From positions 107,848 through 171,847 of the forward strand of contig NZ_CAKUIH010000005.1 in the NCBI RefSeq assembly GCF_934660935.1: 64,000 bases of DNA, given 5' to 3'. This document shows, piece after piece, positions 18,323-27,671 of this stretch. The position numbers and the translations under genes were made by a program. Within the stretch, counting starts at the first letter, position 1. Each line of letters starts with the position of its first letter. The stretch is from an uncultured Parolsenella sp. (GTDB lineage: Bacteria > Actinomycetota > Coriobacteriia > Coriobacteriales > Atopobiaceae). The notes under the pieces were generated by a model that saw nothing but the letters and a program-made list of their open reading frames with translations, was not told the DNA's origin and made no database searches.

Positions 18323-19543
18323 CTAGGCTTCCGCCCTCGAACGGCGCTCGAGCGGAATGGTGACCAGCACGAGCCCGAGCGCCACCAGCGCGAACACGGC
18401 GCCCACGGCGCCAACGTTCGCAAGCCCGAGGTTGCTCACGATGACTCCGCCAACCGCCGTGCCAAATGCGATGCCGATATTGAACGCCGTCGCCTCGAGC
18501 GAGCTCGCGAGCGTAAGCGCCTTGGGGTGCTTGCGTATTGCCGTATTCATGAACATCGAGATGCAGGGCACGGACGCAATGTACATGAGCAGCGATATCG
18601 CCATGACACACGCAAGGCCCAGCGACTGCGAGGGACCCGCGAGCCAGAGCGTGAACAGCACGACGGAAAGCATGGGGAAGGTCACGCACAGCGCTCGAAT
18701 TCCAAAGCGAGAGTCAACCCAGCCGGAAAGCAGGTTCGACGCAAACGTGCCCGCGCCATACGCCATCAGCGTGGCGCTCGCGGCAAGCGGAGACATCCCG
18801 AGGACCGTCTCGAGATAAGGCGTGACATACCCGTAGAGCACGTAAATCGAGCCCACACCAAAGACAAAGATGGCGATACCCGTCATGACCTGCGGCTCGA
18901 AGAGGAGGCGCACCTGCTCGCCGGCAGTCGCGGGCTCGTCCGTGGCACCCTCGCGCGGAAGCAATGCGACGAGAGCGACACACGTCACGAGGGCGAGCGC
19001 AAGCGCGGCCCACATGATGATGCGCCAGTCGGAGAGAGCGGCCAGGGCCTTGCCGACGGAGGTTGCGACAACCATCGCCACGGAGAACGCAGCGTAAACC
19101 ACGCTGATCATCGCGGACGTCCGCTTCGGGTCGACGAGCTCGGGGATGAACGTGATGCCCACGCCCAAAAACGTTCCAGAGACGGCACCGATAAGCACGC
19201 GACTCGCGAGGAGAATGTCAAACGTCGGGGCAAGCGACTGAACGAGATTGGCGACGCAGAACACCGCCGAGTAGGCAACGACGAGATGAAAGCGCTTGAA
19301 GCGGCCCGTCGCAAGGGTGAGCAGCGGGGTCAAGAACGCATACGTCATCGCAAAAAAGCTGATAAGCTGGCCCGCCTCCGCAAGCGTCACGCCATAGGCG
19401 TCGGCAATCTCCTGCTCGACGCCTATGACGGCGAACTCAGAGCAACCCAAAGAGAAGCCGAGGACGACGAGCAGGGCCACGCAGATACGGCGACGTGCAG
19501 GCGACAGCGCGGAAGCCCCCGCCGTCTTGGTCATCTCTTCCAC
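18323..19543 (-). CDS. MFS transporter (12-TM efflux-type)
   Basis: The 406-aa ORF is polytopic. The start is either GTG 19543 or ATG 19534, and GGAGAG lies upstream. Confidence 0.85.
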   Translation of the reverse strand: MEEMTKTAGASALSPARRRICVALLVVLGFSLGCSEFAVIGVEQEIADAYGVTLAEAGQLISFFAMTYAFLTPLLTLATGRFKRFHLVVAYSAVFCVANLVQSLAPTFDILLASRVLIGAVSGTFLGVGITFIPELVDPKRTSAMISVVYAAFSVAMVVATSVGKALAALSDWRIIMWAALALALVTCVALVALLPREGATDEPATAGEQVRLLFEPQVMTGIAIFVFGVGSIYVLYGYVTPYLETVLGMSPLAASATLMAYGAGTFASNLLSGWVDSRFGIRALCVTFPMLSVVLFTLWLAGPSQSLGLACVMAISLLMYIASVPCISMFMNTAIRKHPKALTLASSLEATAFNIGIAFGTAVGGVIVSNLGLANVGAVGAVFALVALGLVLVTIPLERRSRAEA

Positions 19544-19551
19544 TTGCTCTC

Positions 19552-20715
19552 CTATCGCGCGAGCTCCTCGGCAAGCGCCTCGATCTGGGCACGCGTCTCA
19601 TTGTTGACGGCGCCCTTGACAGTAACGACGTTCTCGCAGATATCGATATCTTTCATCGCCTCGAGCTGGGAGCGCATGACCTTGGCGGCCATCGGCGCCC
19701 AGGAACCGGCCTCGACGAGAGCGACGCGACGGTTCTGGTAGGCGTGCTCGGCGAGCGTGTGAAGGAACGTGCTCATGTGCGGGAAGATGCTGCCCGCGTA
19801 GGTGATGCTCGCCAGCACGAGGCGATCATAGCGGAAGGCGTCCTCTACAGCCTCGGACATGTCGTCACGGGCGAGGTCGAAGACCGAAACCTCCTGGCCG
19901 CGGGCCTTGAGCGCATCCGCGAGCTCAAGCGCCGCCTGCCTCGTATTGCCATAGACGGAGGAGTAGGCGATGGTCACGCCCTTATCCTCCGGCTCATAGC
20001 TTGACCACGTGTTGTAAAGGTCGAGGTAGTAGCCAAGGTTCTCAGAAAGCACAGGGCCATGAAGCGGGCAAATGTGCGCAATGTCGAGCTTCGCAGCCTT
20101 CTTGAGCACAGCCTGGACGTTCTTGCCAAACTTGCCCACGATACCGAAGTAGTAGCGCCTCGCCTCGCACGCCCAGCCCTCCGGGTCCTCGGAGTCGAGC
20201 GCACCGAACTTGCCGAAGCCGTCAGCGGAGAAGAGCACCTTGTCCTCGGGCACATAGGAGAAGAGCACCTCAGGCCAGTGCACGTTGGGCGCGCCAACGA
20301 AGGTGAGGCTACGCCCACCCAGTTCGAGCGTGGCGCCCTCCTTGACCACGAGCTTGCGCTCCGGATAGTCAGTGCCGAAGTAGGCAACCATCATCTTGAA
20401 CGCCGGCGCCGAGGCAACGACGGTCGCCTCGGGGTAGCGCTCCATGAAGGCGGCAATGCTCGCAGAGTGGTCGGGCTCCATGTGATGAACGACGAGGTAA
20501 TCAGGCGTGCGACCCGCAAGCGCGGAGTCGAGGTTCGCCAGCCACTCGTCAGTGAAGTGGGTGTCGACGGTATCCGTTACGGCGATCTTCTCGTCGCCAA
20601 AGATGACGTAGGAGTTATAGGACATGCCATTGGCGCGCACATCGTACTGCCCCTCGAACAGGTCGATGTCGTGGTCGTTTACGCCAACGTATGCAATGTT
20701 GTCGGTAACGTTCAT
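19552..20715 (-). CDS. fprA: FprA-family A-type flavoprotein (flavodiiron O2/NO reductase)
   Basis: The metallo-beta-lactamase-like N-domain has HHMEPDHS. The C-terminal flavodoxin domain has TIAYSSVYGNT. Confidence 0.9.
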   Translation of the reverse strand: MNVTDNIAYVGVNDHDIDLFEGQYDVRANGMSYNSYVIFGDEKIAVTDTVDTHFTDEWLANLDSALAGRTPDYLVVHHMEPDHSASIAAFMERYPEATVVASAPAFKMMVAYFGTDYPERKLVVKEGATLELGGRSLTFVGAPNVHWPEVLFSYVPEDKVLFSADGFGKFGALDSEDPEGWACEARRYYFGIVGKFGKNVQAVLKKAAKLDIAHICPLHGPVLSENLGYYLDLYNTWSSYEPEDKGVTIAYSSVYGNTRQAALELADALKARGQEVSVFDLARDDMSEAVEDAFRYDRLVLASITYAGSIFPHMSTFLHTLAEHAYQNRRVALVEAGSWAPMAAKVMRSQLEAMKDIDICENVVTVKGAVNNETRAQIEALAEELAR

Positions 20716-20908
20716 AAGGCCCCAATCCTTACCATTTATCTAGCCGCCCCATCCTATCACCCATGCCAACGCATAAACGCGCCCTGGTTGGTAACAATTA
20801 GGAATGACAGACTTACGGCAACCTTACATAACCCAACTCCCCCTATTTGTTATCATCTAGCCGATACAGCAACGATGGGCACCGCCCCCGGCACCAAGGA
20901 GGTGCGTC

Positions 20909-21016
20909 ATGTCCGACGGTTCCAGTCATAGTCGCAACAACAGCCACGAACCCAAGACCCTCAAGTCCATGGAGGAGGCGCCCGCCCTCGGGATGGCGGC
21001 CGCCCGTCGCGCATAG
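20909..21016 (+). CDS. Candidate 35-aa leader ORF upstream of mgtA
   Basis: AAGGAGG lies 6 nt before ATG 20909. The peptide is MSDGSSHSRNNSHEPKTLKSMEEAPALGMAAARRA*. It is too short for homology inference, so coding status is unproven. Confidence 0.25.
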   Translation: MSDGSSHSRNNSHEPKTLKSMEEAPALGMAAARRA

Positions 21017-21111
21017 CGTCAGCTAGACAGCTTGTCAGCAAGACAACCGCACAGCTGAACGGCCAAACGCTAGATAGCTAGATAATCGCGCACGCACACG
21101 TTGTGCCTCCG

Positions 21112-21141
21112 GGGTCCCCGGCAAAGCGCCGGGCCCTTTTT
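21112..21141 (+). terminator. Intrinsic-terminator-like hairpin + T5, 27 nt upstream of the mgtA start (candidate attenuator)
   Basis: cccggc aaagc gccggg forms the stem, with flanking ggg/ccc extension, followed by TTTTT (21137-21141). Confidence 0.5.
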
Positions 21142-21167
21142 AGTATCCCGGGATTGCGAGGTGCGCC

Positions 21168-23954
21168 ATGATGCTGCGCGACCTCTTCGTTCGCATGCAC
21201 GCGGACGTCAAGAAGCAGAAGCCCTCCGCCAAGAGGGAGTCCCAGGCCAAGGCACAGCAGGAGTGGCTGCGACACGCCGCCGCGGCTCCTTCTTCAGAGC
21301 TATTCTGCGAGATCAACAGCTCCGAAGAAGGCCTCGCGTCTGACCAGGTCGACACCGCCCGCGAGTTCTACGGCGCGAACTCCGTCGCCCGGGCGGCCAA
21401 GCGCCCGTTGCCGGTCCGATTCCTTGCGTCTTTCGCGGACCCCTTCACCTACATCCTCGTCTTCATCGCCATCGTCTCGGTCCTGACCGACTGGGTCTTC
21501 GCCACCGGCACCGAGCGCGACCTCTCCACCCCGCTCATCATCGGCGCGATGGTGCTCGTCTCCGGCGTGCTGCGCTTCGTCCAGGACGAGAAGAGCACCG
21601 TCGCCGCAGAGTCCCTGGCGGAAATGGTCGAGTCCACCGCCGAAGTCGAGCGCGACGGCGACGGCGGCAACGAGACCCCGATCGACGAGATCGTCGTCGG
21701 CGACGTCATCCACCTCTCATCAGGCGACATCGTCCCCGCCGATCTGCACATCTTTGCCGCCCGCGACCTCTTCGTGAGTCAGGCATCGCTCACCGGCGAG
21801 TCCGAGCCCATCGAGAAGCGCGCGAGCCTCGATGTCACGGGCCTCGAAAACCTAGACGTCGCCGCGACAGTCATCACCGATCTCCCCGACCTCGCCTTCA
21901 TGGGCTCCACCGTCATCTCCGGCAACGCGCGCGGCGTCGTCGTCGCCACGGGCGCCCGCACGATGTTCGGCGAGGCGACGGGCACGCTCGTCGGCCGCAA
22001 GCGCGAGACCTCGTTCGACACGGGCATCAAGTCGACGAGCCGCCTGCTCATGCGCCTCATGTTCGTCATGCTGCCGGTGGTCTTCGTCATCTCCGGTGTC
22101 ACCAAGGGCGACTGGGTCGACGCCCTGCTCTTCTCGCTCTCCGTCGCCGTCGGCCTCACGCCCGAGATGCTGCCCATGCTCGTGACCACCTGCCTCGGCA
22201 AGGGCGCCGTCGACCTCAGCCACTCCCGCGTCATTGTCAAGCGCCTCGACTCGATCCAGGACCTCGGCGCCGTCGACGTCCTCTGCACCGACAAGACCGG
22301 AACCCTCACCGAGGACCGCATCGTCCTCGAGCGCCACCTCGACGTCAACGGACGCGAGGACGCCCGCGTCCTGCGCTACGCCTTCCTCAACAGCTACTTC
22401 TCGACCGGCGTGAAGAACCTCGTCGATAACGCGATCATCGAGCGCGCCCTCTCGGAGGGCACCGACGAGGTCGATGCCGTGACGGAGGGAACCCCCGTCA
22501 CGGCAGAGGAGCTGGCCGAGTACTACCACGGCATCGACGAGCTTCCGTTCGACTTCGAGCGTCGTCGCCTCTCCGTTGTCGTGGGCGACGCCAGGGGCCG
22601 CACGCGCATGGTAACCAAGGGCGCCCTCGAGGAGATTCTCGGCATCTGCTCGCGCGTCGAGGTCGACGGGCAGGTCCTTCCCCTAACCGACGAGCTCGCG
22701 GAGAAGGTCATCTCCCGCGGCGCGGACCTCGCCGACGAGGGCATGCGCGTCCTCGGCGTCGCCCGCAAGGACAACCCCGCCGGCACCGGCATCCTCACGG
22801 TCGATGACGAGCGGGACATGGTCCTCATCGGCTACCTCGCCTTCCTCGATCCACCCAAGGAGAGCTCCGCCGCCGCCATCAAGGCCCTCCTTGAGCACGG
22901 CGTGGAGACGAAGGTCCTCACGGGAGACTCCGCCCGCGTCGCGGCGCACGTCTGCCGAGCCATCGGCATCCCTGCCGACAACGTCCTCACCGGCACCGAC
23001 GTCGAGGCCATGAGCGACAAGGAGCTGGCGGTTGCCGTTCAGCAGACGTCCATCTTCGCCAAGCTCTCCCCCTCCCAGAAGGCGCGCGTCGTCGCGACGC
23101 TCCGCGGCCTCGGCCACGCCGTCGCGTACATGGGTGATGGTGTGAACGACGCCGCCGCCATGCGCGAGAGCGACTGCGGCATCTCGGTCGACTCCGCCGT
23201 TGACGTAGCCCGCGAGGCCGCCGACATCATCTTGCTCGAGAAGGACCTCATGGTCCTCGAGCGCGGCATCGAGTGCGGCCGTCGCACCTACGCGAACATG
23301 ATCAAGTACGTGAAGATGACGGTCAGCTCGAACTTCGGCAACATCGCGAGCGTCCTTGTGGCGGCGGCGCTGCTACCGTTCCTCCCCATGACGGCCGTCC
23401 AGCTGCTCCTGCTCAACCTGATCTATGACCTCACCTGCACGGCCATCCCCTGGGACAACGTCGACGAGGACGCCATCCGCACCCCGCGTCGCTGGGACAC
23501 GGCCTCCGTGCGCCGCTTCATGGTCGCGTTTGGCCCCCTGAGCTCGATCTTCGACATCCTCACCTTCGCAGCGCTGTTCTTCTTCGTGTGCCCCGCCGTC
23601 GCCGGCGGCGCCTGGGGCACGCTCGACACCGCGGGTCAGGCGCTGTTCGTCGGCACCTTCCAGGCTGGCTGGTTCGTCGAGAGCATGTGGACGCAGACGC
23701 TCGTGGTGCACCTGATCCGTACCGAGAAGACCCCGTTCATCGGCAGCTGCGCGTCTCTGCCGCTCGTGATGCTCGGATCGATGGGCATCGCCGTCGCAAC
23801 GCTCCTGCCAGCGAGCGCGCTGGGCGCGGCGCTTGACTTCTGCAGCCTGCCGCCGGTGTTCTGGGGCGTCCTCGCCGTGATGGTGCTCGGCTACGCGGTC
23901 ATCGTCTCCGGCATGAAGAAGTTCTTCCTGAGCCGCAACGATTCGCTCCTGTAG
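21168..23954 (+). CDS. mgtA: Magnesium-translocating P-type ATPase (MgtA/MgtB type)
   Basis: 928 aa with the phosphorylation motif CTDKTGTLT and the hinge YMGDGVNDAAAM. The N-terminus and 10-TM layout fit the P3B MgtA family. Confidence 0.9.
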   Translation: MMLRDLFVRMHADVKKQKPSAKRESQAKAQQEWLRHAAAAPSSELFCEINSSEEGLASDQVDTAREFYGANSVARAAKRPLPVRFLASFADPFTYILVFIAIVSVLTDWVFATGTERDLSTPLIIGAMVLVSGVLRFVQDEKSTVAAESLAEMVESTAEVERDGDGGNETPIDEIVVGDVIHLSSGDIVPADLHIFAARDLFVSQASLTGESEPIEKRASLDVTGLENLDVAATVITDLPDLAFMGSTVISGNARGVVVATGARTMFGEATGTLVGRKRETSFDTGIKSTSRLLMRLMFVMLPVVFVISGVTKGDWVDALLFSLSVAVGLTPEMLPMLVTTCLGKGAVDLSHSRVIVKRLDSIQDLGAVDVLCTDKTGTLTEDRIVLERHLDVNGREDARVLRYAFLNSYFSTGVKNLVDNAIIERALSEGTDEVDAVTEGTPVTAEELAEYYHGIDELPFDFERRRLSVVVGDARGRTRMVTKGALEEILGICSRVEVDGQVLPLTDELAEKVISRGADLADEGMRVLGVARKDNPAGTGILTVDDERDMVLIGYLAFLDPPKESSAAAIKALLEHGVETKVLTGDSARVAAHVCRAIGIPADNVLTGTDVEAMSDKELAVAVQQTSIFAKLSPSQKARVVATLRGLGHAVAYMGDGVNDAAAMRESDCGISVDSAVDVAREAADIILLEKDLMVLERGIECGRRTYANMIKYVKMTVSSNFGNIASVLVAAALLPFLPMTAVQLLLLNLIYDLTCTAIPWDNVDEDAIRTPRRWDTASVRRFMVAFGPLSSIFDILTFAALFFFVCPAVAGGAWGTLDTAGQALFVGTFQAGWFVESMWTQTLVVHLIRTEKTPFIGSCASLPLVMLGSMGIAVATLLPASALGAALDFCSLPPVFWGVLAVMVLGYAVIVSGMKKFFLSRNDSLL

Positions 23955-24100
23955 GGACGAAGCGGTCGGCGAGACAAAGCCGCCGAGCATCTGAGCTCAC
24001 CCGCACCCGCCAGCAACCCCGCGGGGGCCAGTGCGACTGGAGAACCGCCGCCCGACGAGCGCGGGCGACCCATACCTCAACAACCCATACCCCAACAACA

Positions 24101-24131
24101 AGGGGCTGGCGGAAGCATCCCGTCAGCCCCT
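24101..24131. terminator. Hairpin between convergent mgtA and transglutaminase-like gene
   Basis: aggggctggcgg / ccgtcagcccct form a 12-bp stem with one mismatch. It overlaps the stop codon at 24130-24132. Confidence 0.45.
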
Positions 24132-25140
24132 ACTTCTTGCGGCAGAGAAGCACGTTGCGCCCGGGGACGAGCCGATATGCGACGTCATGGTGCCAGGTCT
24201 TCGTGGCCAGCTTGACCACCTCGTGCGCGAAGCGCCTGAACTCGCCCTCGTCACCCGAGGGCAGGCGCATCTCGACGGAAGAGGCGCCGCGTGCTCGCCG
24301 CAGGATCGTCCTCGCCCCGCCCATGTCCCACGCATCAAGGTCAAAGGCGTCGTAGTAGCCCGCCGAGACATCGCACGCGGAGCTAAAGCCAACGCCTGCG
24401 GCGAGGTGGGTTGGCGCGGCCTCGGCATCGGACAGGCCGAGATAGGCATGGCTGCAAGTCCAGCCGTCGCGCTCCGCGTCCCAGTAGGTGTCCGCATGCA
24501 CCCAGCGAGGCGGCGCGCCCCTCTCGACGGACACGTCGACGAGGTTCCAGGCATGGCTGGTCTCGCCATCGCGACCGCGCCTCGGGGGCCGGTCTCCGCC
24601 CGTAGCCCACCCGCTCACGACGGCGCACGGCACATGCGCCGCGTCACACAGCAGCTTGAACGCGCGGGCATAACCCGTGCAGACGGCCCCGGTGTGCCCG
24701 CGGCCAAGCGCGCCGACCGCGTTTCGCAGGTCGGTACCGCCTTCGATGCCAGCGCCAAGGCTGAGCAGCCCGTCATGGATGGCGGCGACGCGCGCCAGCC
24801 CCACAGGAAGCGCAGAAGCCGCCTCGAGGATCGGGTCGGCGCTGCGGGCTATCGCGTCGAGCTCCGAGCGCGCCTCGGCCTCGTCGCGCAGGTAGGAGAA
24901 GGACATCCTCGTTACCCCCTGCGACCCGCGCTCAACCGTCGTCGCGGACGAATTCGCCCAGATGATACGCGGGTTGTCGTGCATCACCAGACGGAACACC
25001 TCGAACGCGGCGGTGTGGTCGAGGCCGCCGGGAAGCGTCGCCTCGCGCGAGAAGGTGGCAAGCGCGTCGAGGATCTCCTCGTAGTAGGCACGCGAGACCG
25101 GCCCCAAGGTCGAGCGATGTAGCTGCGCGACCATCCTCAT
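24130..25140 (-). CDS. Transglutaminase-like cysteine protease-fold protein
   Basis: 336 aa from ATG 25140. The candidate Cys-His-Asp triad is GAVCTGYARAFKLLCD, TSHAWNLVDV and HADTYWD. The start overlaps the stop of the upstream kinase gene (ATGA at 25137-25140). Confidence 0.8.
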   Translation of the reverse strand: MRMVAQLHRSTLGPVSRAYYEEILDALATFSREATLPGGLDHTAAFEVFRLVMHDNPRIIWANSSATTVERGSQGVTRMSFSYLRDEAEARSELDAIARSADPILEAASALPVGLARVAAIHDGLLSLGAGIEGGTDLRNAVGALGRGHTGAVCTGYARAFKLLCDAAHVPCAVVSGWATGGDRPPRRGRDGETSHAWNLVDVSVERGAPPRWVHADTYWDAERDGWTCSHAYLGLSDAEAAPTHLAAGVGFSSACDVSAGYYDAFDLDAWDMGGARTILRRARGASSVEMRLPSGDEGEFRRFAHEVVKLATKTWHHDVAYRLVPGRNVLLCRKK

Positions 25141-26210
25141 GCCGCCTCGGCCGCAGGGGTGGCCTTGGCCATCTCGGCCTCGACGTAGCAGTACGGGCAC
25201 GCGCTGAAGCCACGGTGGTACGCGTGCCCGCAGGGACAATCGACAAGCTGGTCGAGGTAGTCGCCCAGCAGGCGCTCCCACTGGCCCGGCGCGAGGCGAC
25301 GGCTCGGGTCATCGTCGAACAGGCTCCACTGAAAGGCCTCCTGGAAGAGTGGCGGGAGATACTCCAGGGGCAGGGCCCAGGGCTTGAGCTTGAGACCGGG
25401 CGCGGTGCCGACGAACGGGGAAGCGCCTTCCGCCACCAGCTCGTCCACGGGCCTTGGGCGCTCGTAGGAGTCGTCGGGGCCGATGTCGACTGAACCAGAG
25501 AAGGGATGGACCCAGTTGTCGAGGGCGCGGAAGATCGCCACCGCGAGGCCGAAGTCATCGGTCTTGGGCGTGAACGTGGAAATGCCCTTCAGCGCCATCT
25601 CTCGATAACCGAGGCCGCATTCGCGCTGGGCGCGGACGAGCTCGGGGGCGACGTAGCCCTCGGCGCAGACGCCGCAAGGATAGACCAGGCTGCGGTCATA
25701 CGCCAGGTGGAAGCCATCGACGTCAAGAAGGCCGACATGGCCATCTTCCCCCACCACGAAGTTATAGGGGTTCCAGTCTCCCACACAGATGCCGATGTGG
25801 TGCAGGAACTCCACGACGTGGCACAGCTCCTTAAGGGCGACCAGCGAGCGACGCGTGGCGGCGGCGTCGGCACCCGGATACTCGCAGGCCACGGGAAGCG
25901 GATCACCCTGGAAGCGTCGCATCACGAAGCCCGCGAACTCCGTAGCGGCCGGATCTCTATAGAGCGCCTCGGAAGGCCAGGCGAGAGCCGCCATGGCGTC
26001 GGGGGCCTTGTCGCAGAGCGCGAGGTGGCACCTGGCCATCGCCTCGACCTTGACCTCATGGATGAACATGTCGGGGTCATCGGCGTGATAGATCTTCGCA
26101 ACCGAGCACGGGTCGTCGACGACATCGTAGACGACGCCCTCGGAACCACTTGAGCCGGCGTCGGCGAGAACCACGGGGCAGCCGGCATTCGTGTAGACAA
26201 CCATTGCCAT
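25137..26210 (-). CDS. Compact protein-kinase-fold protein (TerY-P / YegI-like) with C-terminal zinc ribbon
   Basis: The Gly-loop and Lys are GSEGVVYDV...VAKIY, the catalytic loop is GDWNPYNFVV, and the DFG equivalent is LLDVDGF. The C-terminus is CPCGHAYHRGFSACPYCY. The start is ATG 26210 or ATG 26204, after GAAGGAAGGA. Confidence 0.7.
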   Translation of the reverse strand: MAMVVYTNAGCPVVLADAGSSGSEGVVYDVVDDPCSVAKIYHADDPDMFIHEVKVEAMARCHLALCDKAPDAMAALAWPSEALYRDPAATEFAGFVMRRFQGDPLPVACEYPGADAAATRRSLVALKELCHVVEFLHHIGICVGDWNPYNFVVGEDGHVGLLDVDGFHLAYDRSLVYPCGVCAEGYVAPELVRAQRECGLGYREMALKGISTFTPKTDDFGLAVAIFRALDNWVHPFSGSVDIGPDDSYERPRPVDELVAEGASPFVGTAPGLKLKPWALPLEYLPPLFQEAFQWSLFDDDPSRRLAPGQWERLLGDYLDQLVDCPCGHAYHRGFSACPYCYVEAEMAKATPAAEAA

Positions 26211-26270
26211 TCCTTCCTTCGGACGGAGCGGGCGACGGCACCGCGCCGGGCCGAATCAAACAAACACCTG

Positions 26271-27602
26271 CTAGTTAAGGTGACGATAGGGCCTGAGCCC
26301 CACGCTTGGCCCAGGGACAAGGGCATGCGGGGAGAGCGAGCGGGGCTGGGCGTAGCACTCCGCGCGATGACTGCCGTCACGCACCTCGACGGCGGGAACG
26401 GCGCGGTCGATGACGACGGAGATGGAGGGGCGCGGCGCGGGCGCGGGCGCGGACTCGGACGTGGGACCGGCGTGCTCGGGCTCGCGTGCGGGGCCGGCGG
26501 GCTCGGGAACAGGCTCGGGCGCGGGCTCGGCGGAAGCAGACTCGGGCGCGGGCTCGGCAGCCGGCTCGGCAGGGCCAGCGCCAACCAGCTCGGGACCGGC
26601 ATCAGAATCGGCGTCAGGCTCCAAACTGGATTCGCCCCCGGGGCCTCCGACGGACCTCTCGTCATCGTCAGGCTCGTCGAACGGCTGCTTGCCGATGGGT
26701 CCCCCGTCCTCAATGACCCTCTCGGAAGCGGGGCGATCAGCGGCAACGTCCGCATCGCACCCACAGGCGTCAGGGGCCTCGTAGAGGACCACCACGGTCT
26801 TGTCGTCATAGACGTCGATCGGGTCGAGGTCCCCGAGGAACTTCTCGGCGGCGGCACTCAGGTCCTCGGGGCGAGCGGCGTCGGCTGGATCGAGGCGCAG
26901 CAGCAGGTCAAGCAACGGGTCATTAACCTCGACGTTAGCCAGGTCCCCATCCGCCTCGGACGCCGACACGACAAAGCCCGGCACGAACTGCTCGAGCATG
27001 CCGTCCGTGGCGAGGACGAGGCCCTCAACCCCCTCGGCCATCCCAAACCGCCAGTGGTCGTCCGCGCTCAGGGAGAAGACCGTGTTGCGATGCCCGGCTC
27101 GGTCCATGCGGCAGAGAGGGTGGTAGCCATCCGCGAAGAGACCCACGATGCCGGAGTCCCCGGCGCAGGCCCAGGCCACGCTATAGCCATCCCAGACGCA
27201 CAGGGCGAGGGTCGTCGCCAGCGCGGCGGGATCGGCCCCGACCTCGGCCGCCTTGCGATTAACGGCGGTAAGGGCGCGATGCACGACCCCCTCGAGCTTA
27301 AGGTCGTCAATCCCGGCAAGGCCAGGATACGTAGCCGCGGACAGCGAGAGCGCCTCCACCGCCGCCGTCGCCGCGGCGGCGGACCCGAGGTTCGAAAGCT
27401 CCGCCGAGCCGAGCCCGTCCGCCACCGCCGCCACAACGAACTCGTCGCCGCGAACACGGCGGACGCGGGTGCCGCCGGGAGCCACACACGTGCTCGACCA
27501 GCCCGAGCGCACGATGCGAACGGCGAACGAGTCCTGGTTGGGGATGCCGAGGGCGAGGTGGGAGGTCCCGGGAACGGAGGCCTGATAGCACATCAAACTC
27601 AT
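26271..27602 (-). CDS. PP2C-family Ser/Thr phosphatase with Pro/Glu/Ala-rich C-terminal extension
   Basis: Motifs are GTSHLALGIPNQD, VAAVADGLGS, CAGDSG and LATDGM. The low-complexity tail is EPAAEPAPESASAEPAPEPVPEPAGP. Confidence 0.8.
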   Translation of the reverse strand: MSLMCYQASVPGTSHLALGIPNQDSFAVRIVRSGWSSTCVAPGGTRVRRVRGDEFVVAAVADGLGSAELSNLGSAAAATAAVEALSLSAATYPGLAGIDDLKLEGVVHRALTAVNRKAAEVGADPAALATTLALCVWDGYSVAWACAGDSGIVGLFADGYHPLCRMDRAGHRNTVFSLSADDHWRFGMAEGVEGLVLATDGMLEQFVPGFVVSASEADGDLANVEVNDPLLDLLLRLDPADAARPEDLSAAAEKFLGDLDPIDVYDDKTVVVLYEAPDACGCDADVAADRPASERVIEDGGPIGKQPFDEPDDDERSVGGPGGESSLEPDADSDAGPELVGAGPAEPAAEPAPESASAEPAPEPVPEPAGPAREPEHAGPTSESAPAPAPRPSISVVIDRAVPAVEVRDGSHRAECYAQPRSLSPHALVPGPSVGLRPYRHLN

Positions 27603-27671
27603 GGATATGCCCTTCTCTCAATCGATGGTCTCGACACGCCGACGGCCAATCTCGGGCCGCCGACGAGGCGC

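Noticed and set aside
20716-21167. M-box or enterobacterial-type Mg2+ riboswitch upstream of mgtA
   Set aside because: I looked for the conserved M-box core (GTTAGGTGAGGC ... GCTAAAGCTC-like segments) on the plus strand and did not see it. Only the generic small-ORF plus terminator arrangement is reported. A covariance-model scan is needed to settle this.
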